From NCBI GenBank assembly GCA_947467315.1, contig CANIID010000003.1, positions 1 to 49,699 on the forward strand: a DNA stretch of 49,699 bases. The letters run 5' to 3'. The position numbers were made by a program, and so were the translations under genes. Under the pieces are notes generated by a model, which searched no databases, was not told the DNA's origin, and was given only the letters and a program-made list of their open reading frames with translations. Position 1 is the stretch's first letter, and the number at the start of each line of letters is the position of its first letter. Positions 42,803 to 49,699 of this stretch are shown here, piece after piece. Source of the stretch: Betaproteobacteria bacterium (GTDB lineage Bacteria > Pseudomonadota > Gammaproteobacteria > Burkholderiales > SG8-41).

Positions 42803-43792
42803 ATGTTTTTATTGAGTAATTTTAAGCGTAACGGGATGGTGTGTGCCGCGGTTTTGTTGCTGTGTGCGCCGGTGTTTGCGCAAAGCTGGAAGCCCGAAAA
42901 GCCGGTGGACATCATCATCGGCACCACGCCCGGCGGCCCGCAGGATCGCCAGGGCCGTTTGATCCAGCGCATTTTTCAGGAGCGCAAACTGTTTGAACAA
43001 ACCTCGTCGGTATCGAACCGGCCCGGCGGCGGCGGTGCGGTGGCGCTGGCCTACATGGCGAACCACAAGGGTGATGCGCATTACATCCAAATCGTCGCGC
43101 AGCCGCTGATCAGCAACCACGTGGCGGGCCGCAGCAAACAACACTTCACGGATTTTTCGCCGATTGCGATTTTTGCGGTGGAGTATGTGACGCTGGTGGT
43201 GCGCGCCGATTCACCGATCAAGGATGCGCGTGAGTTCATCGCGGCGATGCGGAAAGACCCGACGGCGTACTCGGTGGCCATCGGCACCGTGGTTGGCAAC
43301 GCCACGCACTCGTCGTACGCACACGCGATGAAAGCGGCCGGGGTGGACGTGAGGCGCCTGCGCTCGGTGGCGTTTAACTCCGGCTCGGAAGGCATGACCG
43401 CGGCGATGGGCGGGCATGTGGATGCGGCAGCGGGTTCGGTGTCCACCGTGTTGCCGCATGTTCGCTCCGGCAAACTGCGCGTGCTCGCCATCGGCGCACC
43501 CAAGCGCTGGGAGGGTGAGCTTGCCAGCGTGCCGACATGGAAAGAACTCGGCATCGACAGCGCGCAGGACTTATGGCGCGGCCTCGCCGGGCCGCCCGGA
43601 TTCACGGCGGCGCAGACGGCATTTTGGGACGCCACCATCGCGCGCACCGTCAAAGACCCGGAGTGGATCAAGGATGTCGAGCGCAATCTCGCAGCGAACG
43701 TTTACAAGAACAGCGCCGACACCGTGAAGCACTGGCAGGCGGAGTACGCCGATGTGAAGGCGCTGTTTATCGAGATGGGGTTGGCGAAGTAA
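42803..43792 (+). CDS. Bug/TctC substrate-binding protein (TctC-like)
   Basis: Signal peptide; WKPEKPV, TPGGPQD, NRPGGGG, VPTWKELG and WRGL motifs. Confidence 0.9.
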   Translation: MFLLSNFKRNGMVCAAVLLLCAPVFAQSWKPEKPVDIIIGTTPGGPQDRQGRLIQRIFQERKLFEQTSSVSNRPGGGGAVALAYMANHKGDAHYIQIVAQPLISNHVAGRSKQHFTDFSPIAIFAVEYVTLVVRADSPIKDAREFIAAMRKDPTAYSVAIGTVVGNATHSSYAHAMKAAGVDVRRLRSVAFNSGSEGMTAAMGGHVDAAAGSVSTVLPHVRSGKLRVLAIGAPKRWEGELASVPTWKELGIDSAQDLWRGLAGPPGFTAAQTAFWDATIARTVKDPEWIKDVERNLAANVYKNSADTVKHWQAEYADVKALFIEMGLAK

Positions 43793-43884
43793 TGTGGTCT
43801 CCGTTAAAAGCCAAAGCGTCACTGCGGAAGTGCAAATAAATTTCAAGGCGGATACGCTGAATTAGCGTCCGCGTCGATCCCCCC

Positions 43885-45270
43885 ATGAATCAATGCACTC
43901 GGCCCCGCCTTGCCAAACTTGCTCTGGTGGTTTCCGTTCTGGCGGGCATGGGTTGCTTACTTCCCGCGCCGTCGCCGCAGGCGCAGGATATTCCGCATGA
44001 GCAGTTTGTTCGCTCGCTGGCGGACGCCATCGATCAGGCTTCCCTGACGCCGCGCGAGCGGCTTGGCCTGCATCTGTTTTTCGATGTCAACCTGTCGGAG
44101 CCCGCCGGTTTGGCGTGCGCGTCGTGCCACGATCCCCGGCGCGCCTTCACCGGCAACAACAACACCCTGATCGGCGTGGCGCTGGGTAGCCGCTCCGATC
44201 AGTTCGGCACGCGCGACGCGCCCACCATCATGTATCTGGCCACCACGCCGCGCTTTAGCAGGCATGGCATCGTCGAGCAGGATGGCAAGCGCTTGCCGGC
44301 GGGCGGCCATTTCTGGGATGGCCGTGCCGACACGCTGGAAGAACAGGCCAAGCAGCCGTTCTTCAATCCGGTGGAAATGAACAATACGGATACCGCTTCG
44401 CTGATCGCCAAGGTCGCGAAGAGCGTGTACGCGGCGGAATTTCGCAAGGTGTGGGGAGACAAAAGTTTTAATCATCCCGAAACGGCGCTCGACGCGGTGG
44501 CGGCCTCGATCGCCGCCTTTGAACGCACGCGCGTATTCCAGCCGTTTAGCTCGAAATTCGATTACGTGATGCGCGGGCAGGCGGCATTCACCGAACAGGA
44601 GCAGCGCGGCCTGAGTCTTTTTAACATCCGGCAAAAAGGCAATTGCGCACAGTGCCATACTGTTGATGCCGCGTCACGCGATCCGCAGAAGTCGCTGTTT
44701 ACGGATTTCAGTTTCCGCGCGCTGGGTCTGCCGCGCAGCACGCGCATTCCGAACAATGCCGATCCGGCGTTTATCGATCTGGGCTTGTGCGAGCGCGTGC
44801 CGGTGGCGGGCGCAAAGCTGCCGGTAGCGGTCACCAAACCAACGGTGACGGACCCCGCAACCTGCGGCCTGTTCAAAACGCCAACGCTGCGCAATATCGC
44901 CATCACCGCGCCGTACATGCATAACGGCCTGTTCGATACTCTGCGCGACGCGGTGGCGTTCTACGCCACCCGCGATACCGATCCCGCGCGGTGGTATGCC
45001 GAGGGAAAAAGGTTTAACGACTTGTCGGAAAAGTATCACGCCAACGTCGATGTCGATACGCCGCCCTATCAGCGCCGTCCGCAGCAGCGCGCGCAACTCA
45101 CCGACGCGGAAATCGACGATATCGTCGCGTTTTTGTACACGCTGACCGACGGCTACACGCCGCCGGGAAGCATGCGCCCAACGGCTGAAACGACGGTTAC
45201 GCCGCCGCAATCTCCAAATCCATACCCTTCGCAACCAGCTTCGTCCCCAGTTTCGCCCCGCGAGTATTGA
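43885..45270 (+). CDS. Di-haem cytochrome c peroxidase/MauG family
   Basis: CASCH and CAQCH haem motifs; FWDGRA, NPVEM and FKTPTLRNIAITAPYMHNG; N-terminal signal. Confidence 0.9.
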   Translation: MNQCTRPRLAKLALVVSVLAGMGCLLPAPSPQAQDIPHEQFVRSLADAIDQASLTPRERLGLHLFFDVNLSEPAGLACASCHDPRRAFTGNNNTLIGVALGSRSDQFGTRDAPTIMYLATTPRFSRHGIVEQDGKRLPAGGHFWDGRADTLEEQAKQPFFNPVEMNNTDTASLIAKVAKSVYAAEFRKVWGDKSFNHPETALDAVAASIAAFERTRVFQPFSSKFDYVMRGQAAFTEQEQRGLSLFNIRQKGNCAQCHTVDAASRDPQKSLFTDFSFRALGLPRSTRIPNNADPAFIDLGLCERVPVAGAKLPVAVTKPTVTDPATCGLFKTPTLRNIAITAPYMHNGLFDTLRDAVAFYATRDTDPARWYAEGKRFNDLSEKYHANVDVDTPPYQRRPQQRAQLTDAEIDDIVAFLYTLTDGYTPPGSMRPTAETTVTPPQSPNPYPSQPASSPVSPREY

Positions 45271-46237
45271 GTTCGCCCAACTCTTTGCCTTCATTCGCCG
45301 GATCGCAGAAGTAAGTTTCGTTCAGATCGTTGTGGCGTACGAACTTGATCGCCACTTTCGACACCGCTTTTTTCTCCACGTTGACCAGCGCGATCATGCC
45401 CAGCCAGTCGCCGTGTTTGCGCCCACCGTGGCCGGTGTGGAAGCAGAAGCTGCCGAGGCCGTAGAGGATGGTTTTGCCTTTATAAATTTCGGTGGGGAGC
45501 GAGTAGTGCGGGCCGTGGCCCATCACGATGTCCGCGCCGCTGTCGATGGCGGCGTGCGCGATCAGCGGCATGTAATCGAGCACGTCTTTGTGGAGACCCC
45601 AGTGGCAGGAGGCCACCAGGATGTCACATTGCTTGCGCAGCGCCGCTACATCATCCTTGAACAGTTGCAGATGTTTGGCATCGGGCCAGGTCAGAATTTC
45701 TGGCGGAATGCCGGGGCGATTCGCGGGCGGAACATCCGGGCGTGTTTTGTGCAGCGGCAATTGGTACGCGGTGTGGCCTTTGATGGTGGCGACGCCGGCG
45801 GTGTGCGTGGTGGCCTCGTGATTGGTGGGCCAATACACGGAAGTGCGCTGCAAAAAGCCGTAACGCACGCCATTTTTCTCGATGATCACCGGTGCGTAGG
45901 CTGCTTCGCGATTGGCGCCGGCACCGGTGTGCTTGACGCCGATTTCGTCCAGACGTGCGACCGAGCCTGTAATGGCGGCCTCGCCGTAGTTGACGTTATT
46001 CGCAATGCCTACCGCGTCGATGCCCGCGTATTTTAGCGATTCACCCGCCGGGCCCGGCGTGGCAAAGAAGCCTTCGTTGTCCCAGGTGTGTCCGCCCGGC
46101 GGCGCGTAGAGGCAGCATTCCATATTGGAAAAGCGCACGTCGGCCGTTTTGAATTCGTCGATGGTTTTGCGAAACGGCACGGTCGGGTCAGTGACGTTCA
46201 TCAGATTGATGTCGCCGGTGAGGATGAGTTGGGCCAT
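45197..46237 (-). CDS. CapA/PGA_cap family metallophosphoesterase-like protein
   Basis: LTGDINL, NMEC, IANN, HWG, GHGPH and YGLGSF motifs. Start 46237 inferred. Confidence 0.85.
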   Translation of the reverse strand: MAQLILTGDINLMNVTDPTVPFRKTIDEFKTADVRFSNMECCLYAPPGGHTWDNEGFFATPGPAGESLKYAGIDAVGIANNVNYGEAAITGSVARLDEIGVKHTGAGANREAAYAPVIIEKNGVRYGFLQRTSVYWPTNHEATTHTAGVATIKGHTAYQLPLHKTRPDVPPANRPGIPPEILTWPDAKHLQLFKDDVAALRKQCDILVASCHWGLHKDVLDYMPLIAHAAIDSGADIVMGHGPHYSLPTEIYKGKTILYGLGSFCFHTGHGGRKHGDWLGMIALVNVEKKAVSKVAIKFVRHNDLNETYFCDPANEGKELGELNTRGAKLGTKLVAKGMDLEIAAA

Positions 46238-46376
46238 GGGAAATCCTTGAGTGGAATGAGCGAGGGAGAAGCTCGATTGTATGCAATACACCGCGCCGCG
46301 CACAACTCGCGTGACATCGGGCGTTACATTATGGAATGCCCGCGCGGTGGTAGCATCGGCGGCGAGAGGAGGGCGT

Positions 46377-47354
46377 ATGAAACCCGTATTGAATTTGCTG
46401 AATGGTTGCATCATGGCCTACGTGGCATGTGTGGCGGGGGCCGCGCTGGCGCAAGCCCCCTATCCCGCGAAGCCCATCCGCTTGCTGATCGGCGCGCCGC
46501 CCGGCGGCGGCAACGATGTGCTGGGCCGCGTGGTGGCGCAACGGTTGACCGACCGCATCGGGCAACAAGTGGTGGTCGAGAATCGCGGCGGAGCGGGGCA
46601 AACCATCGCTGGCGAGATTGCCGCGAAATCGCCGCCCGACGGTTACACGGTGCTGCTGGTGTCGTCGAGCTTCATGATTTCAACACTGGTGTATCCCAAA
46701 CTGCCTTACGACACGCTGCGTGATTTTGCCGCCATCACACAGATCGCCACCATTCCCCAAATGTTGGTGGTGCATCCCTCGCTGCCGGTGAAGACCGGCC
46801 CCGATTTGATTGCGCTGGCGAAGAAAAATCCTGGGGCGTTGATGTACGGCTCGGGTGGCAATGGCTCTACGCAACATCTGGGCGCGGAGTTGTTCAAGGT
46901 GTTGACGAAAACCAGCATGGTTCATCTGCCTTTCAAAGGCGCGGGGCCTGCGATCGCTGCGATGCTGTCGGGTGATGTGCAGGTGTTCTTTTCCACTGTG
47001 CCGTCGGTGCAGCCGTTGGCGCAGTCCGGCAAATTGAAAGCCATCGCGGCGGCGGTGGCCAAACGCATACCCACGCTGCCGGAGCTGCCCACACTCGAAG
47101 AGCAAGGCGTGCGCGGCATGGACATCAGCGGCAATTACGGCTTGTTGGCGCCCGCGGGAACGCCCGCGCCGGTGATTCGCTATCTGAACGAAGAAGTGGG
47201 TAAGTTATTGATCACCCCGGAGGTTCGCGATTACCTGGCGAAACAGGGCGCGTTTGTCGCGCCGAGCACACCCGCGCAGTTTCAGGCGCAGGTAAAGACG
47301 GAGATCGAAAAGTGGCGCGAGGTGGTGCGGATTTCCGGCATGAAGCCGGATTGA
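46377..47354 (+). CDS. Bug/TctC substrate-binding protein
   Basis: AGGAGG RBS; YPAKPIRLLIGAPPGGGND, ENRGGAG and HLPFKGAGP motifs. Confidence 0.92.
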   Translation: MKPVLNLLNGCIMAYVACVAGAALAQAPYPAKPIRLLIGAPPGGGNDVLGRVVAQRLTDRIGQQVVVENRGGAGQTIAGEIAAKSPPDGYTVLLVSSSFMISTLVYPKLPYDTLRDFAAITQIATIPQMLVVHPSLPVKTGPDLIALAKKNPGALMYGSGGNGSTQHLGAELFKVLTKTSMVHLPFKGAGPAIAAMLSGDVQVFFSTVPSVQPLAQSGKLKAIAAAVAKRIPTLPELPTLEEQGVRGMDISGNYGLLAPAGTPAPVIRYLNEEVGKLLITPEVRDYLAKQGAFVAPSTPAQFQAQVKTEIEKWREVVRISGMKPD

Positions 47355-47446
47355 CGGCTCTCGCAGTTTTGCGGAAATTGACACACGCACTCGCGCGCCG
47401 GATACTGGCGACCGCGTTGAAATAATCTTCACCAAGGGGGGGGCGT

Positions 47447-49123
47447 ATGAAAAATCTGTTTATTGGCGTGGCCATTCTGGCCGCAAGCAGTTTTACCGTG
47501 CAAGCGCAAACGCAGCAGGATCTAAATCGCGACGGTAACGGTGGCAGCACTGACAACGTGCTGACGTATGGCATGGGCTATCACCAGCAGCGTTTCAGCA
47601 AGCTGGATCAGATCAACAAGAACACGGTTAAGCGCATGGTGCCGGTGTGGAGCGCGTCGCTGGGCAATGAATACGGCGAACAAGGGCAACCGTTTGTTCA
47701 CAACGGCGTGATGTATGCCGCCAACGTCAAGCGCGTGATCGCCATCGATATCGGCACGGGCCGGCAGTTGTGGAATTTCGATCTCGAGTGGGATGCGGGG
47801 GTGCCGCGCGTGGTGTGTTGCGGGCTGAACAACCGTGGTGTCGCCTTGTTTGACGGCAAGGTGTACGTGGCCGCGATCGATGCGCACATCTACGCGCTGG
47901 ACGCCAAGACCGGCAAGCAAGTGTGGAAATCCAAGATTGCCGAGTGGAAAGAAGGCTACTCGATCACCGGTGCGCCCAGCGTGGTCAACGGCATCGTGAT
48001 GAGCGGCATGACCGGCGGCGAATTCGGCGTGCGTGGCTTCGTGGTGGGTCTGGATGCGCAGACCGGCAAGGAAGCGTGGCGTCGTCACACCACGCCCGAT
48101 CCGAGTGAGAAAGCCTACGCGACCTGGCCGCAGGACGACTCCTACAAACGCGGCGGCGCGTCGACCTGGATTACCGGGTCGTATGATCCGGAACTCGATC
48201 TTTCCTATTGGGGCACCAGCAACGGCGGCCCATGGACCTGGAAGGCGCGTCCGGGCGACAACCTGTGGGTGGCCTCGGTGATCGCGATTCGTCCGAAGAC
48301 CGGCGAAATCGCCTGGCACTATCAATGGACGCCGGCGGAAACCTACGACTACGACGGCAACAATGAAAACGTGCTGGGCGAGCTCACGGTTAACGGCCAG
48401 AAACGCAAGGTGTTAATGCACGCGGATCGCAACGGCTTGTTGTACGTGCTGGATCGCGCCACGGGTGAAGTGCTCGCGGGCAATCCGTACGTGAAGACCA
48501 ACTGGGCGACCGGCGTGGATCTGAAAACCGGCCGTGTGGTCGAGACCGATGTCGCCAAGCGCCTGCGCGCGGGCGAAAAAGTTGAACTCGAGCCGCGCTG
48601 GACCGGCGGCAAGAACTGGATGCCGATGGCCTTCAACCCGTCCACCGAGCGGCTCTATTTCTCGATGCTCGAGGAAACCGCGATTTTTCAGTTGAACAAG
48701 GATCTGCCATCGTACAAGCCGGGTGAGCGCTATGTGGGTGTCACCACCGACACCAAGGCGCGTGATAAGAGCCTGCCCTGGGGCTACTGGGGTGCCGTGC
48801 TTCCGATGACCGGCAAGCCTGCGTGGCGTACACCGTTGATTGATCTGCCGAGTTGGTCGGGCGCGATGGTGACGGCGGGTGGTCTGGTATTTACCGGCAA
48901 TACGTCGGGCGACTTCGCTGCGCTGGATGAAGCGAGCGGCAAAGTGCTGTGGCAGTTTAAAACGCCGTCGGGTGTGAATTCGCAGCCCATCACCTACACC
49001 TACAAAGGCAAGCAATACGTGTCGGTGTTTTCTGGACTGGGCGGCGGTGCGTCGTCGCGGCGCGAGACCGCGGGCAAAGTGTTGCCCGCCGGAACCGTGT
49101 GGACATTCGCGTTGGTGGATTGA
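47447..49123 (+). CDS. Periplasmic PQQ-dependent alcohol dehydrogenase (methanol/ethanol family), lanthanide-type motif
   Basis: Signal peptide; vicinal CC (VVCCGLNNRG); GGEFGVRG, WGTSN, YDYDG and HADRNG; Trp-docking repeats. Confidence 0.92.
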   Translation: MKNLFIGVAILAASSFTVQAQTQQDLNRDGNGGSTDNVLTYGMGYHQQRFSKLDQINKNTVKRMVPVWSASLGNEYGEQGQPFVHNGVMYAANVKRVIAIDIGTGRQLWNFDLEWDAGVPRVVCCGLNNRGVALFDGKVYVAAIDAHIYALDAKTGKQVWKSKIAEWKEGYSITGAPSVVNGIVMSGMTGGEFGVRGFVVGLDAQTGKEAWRRHTTPDPSEKAYATWPQDDSYKRGGASTWITGSYDPELDLSYWGTSNGGPWTWKARPGDNLWVASVIAIRPKTGEIAWHYQWTPAETYDYDGNNENVLGELTVNGQKRKVLMHADRNGLLYVLDRATGEVLAGNPYVKTNWATGVDLKTGRVVETDVAKRLRAGEKVELEPRWTGGKNWMPMAFNPSTERLYFSMLEETAIFQLNKDLPSYKPGERYVGVTTDTKARDKSLPWGYWGAVLPMTGKPAWRTPLIDLPSWSGAMVTAGGLVFTGNTSGDFAALDEASGKVLWQFKTPSGVNSQPITYTYKGKQYVSVFSGLGGGASSRRETAGKVLPAGTVWTFALVD

Positions 49124-49161
49124 TCGTTAACGCGTCATATCTGGCACACGTTAGTATCATC

Positions 49162-49190
49162 ATCCCACCGGCGCAAACCGGTGGGATTTT
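49162..49190 (+). terminator. Intrinsic terminator-like hairpin
   Basis: ATCCCACCGG-CGCAAA-CCGGTGGGATTTTT. Confidence 0.65.
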
Positions 49191-49225
49191 TGTTGCACAT
49201 GAAGTAATATAACCAATTGATTATT

Positions 49226-49549
49226 ATGAAGAATTTTAATATTGCGGGTGGTGCGTTGGGCATACTCGGCGCACTGATGATGGCAAGCGCGCTGGCACAG
49301 GATTTCCCCGCAGAACAAATCAAGCTCGGTTCGGATACCTATGCGCGGCATTGCTCGCCGTGTCACGGCTCGCGCATGAAAAATCCCGAAGGGGCGTTTG
49401 ATCTGCCGACCTTTCCGAAAGACCAGAAAAGCCGTTTTCTGACTTCCGTGGGCAAGGGCAAGAACAGCATGCCGCCATGGGACGGGCTGCTGAAGCCGGA
49501 AGAAATCGAAGCCCTGTGGGCCTACGTTTACACGGGCGACAACAATTAG
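49226..49549 (+). CDS. Class I cytochrome c (likely electron acceptor of the PQQ dehydrogenase)
   Basis: Signal peptide; CSPCH haem motif; distal Met in SMPPW. Confidence 0.9.
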   Translation: MKNFNIAGGALGILGALMMASALAQDFPAEQIKLGSDTYARHCSPCHGSRMKNPEGAFDLPTFPKDQKSRFLTSVGKGKNSMPPWDGLLKPEEIEALWAYVYTGDNN

Positions 49550-49584
49550 CGGTGGTACCGCGCGGGTGCCGAAGCTCAACGAGT

Positions 49585-49699
49585 TGTAGAAGTTGGGCCT
49601 TGATCTGACAGCCAGTGTCAGAACACATATCGGGCGACAGGCTACCCTCTGCCAACTCCCGCAGTGAAGTGGGATTCCGGAAATGGCGGCTCATCGGCC
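49585..49699 (-). mobile_element. Possible IS481-family element terminus
   Basis: TGTAGAAGTTGGGCCTTGATCTGACAG begins with TGT and resembles, from memory, the ...CTGTCAGATCAAG...CTTCTACA right ends of IS481-family elements. No transposase is visible in the window. Confidence 0.45.

Noticed and set aside
43885-45270. mauG or mbnH assignment
   Set aside because: No mau or methanobactin genes nearby; the motifs support only the general di-haem peroxidase family.
45197-46237. Poly-gamma-glutamate capsule locus
   Set aside because: capB/capC are absent and the protein has no membrane anchor.
1-49699. tRNA, rRNA or riboswitch genes
   Set aside because: No recognisable cloverleaf, rRNA or known riboswitch consensus by eye. 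An Infernal/Rfam scan, especially of 24206-24461 and 42169-42330, would be needed to exclude them.

Overview
GC-rich proteobacterial window. Five Bug/TctC solute receptors and the overall gene content suggest Burkholderiales-like Betaproteobacteria (inference). The left end lies inside an ISAzo13-family transposase, and the right end probably lies at an IS481-type terminus. The ISAzo13 interrupts a very large outer-membrane protein gene (about 151-3210). That gene is translationally coupled to a 1607-aa secreted DUF11-type repeat protein (3207-8030). Each repeat keeps a Lys/Asp/Asn triad typical of isopeptide-bond Ig domains, but the last domain lacks its Asn strand. This is the best candidate for an undescribed system: a donor-strand, covalently cross-linked fimbria/adhesin with an usher-like porin. 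The rest is mostly catabolic: an acyl-CoA ring-cleavage-like cluster (9.5-20 kb), an Asp/Glu racemase-family enzyme with EthD-like proteins, a hydantoinase/oxoprolinase AB operon with an inserted SMI1/KNR4 gene, PLP enzymes, a di-haem peroxidase, and a PQQ dehydrogenase with the lanthanide-type DYDG motif plus cytochrome c. Also present: an XRE-regulated B12-radical SAM module, a Cache-GGDEF cyclase flanked by a 13-bp direct repeat, a solitary integron-like gene cassette with an attC, several REP-like families (some nested), and a dispersed AT-rich IHF-like motif. No rRNA, tRNA or CRISPR array was seen. All protein calls are from motif recognition only; no database searches were run.
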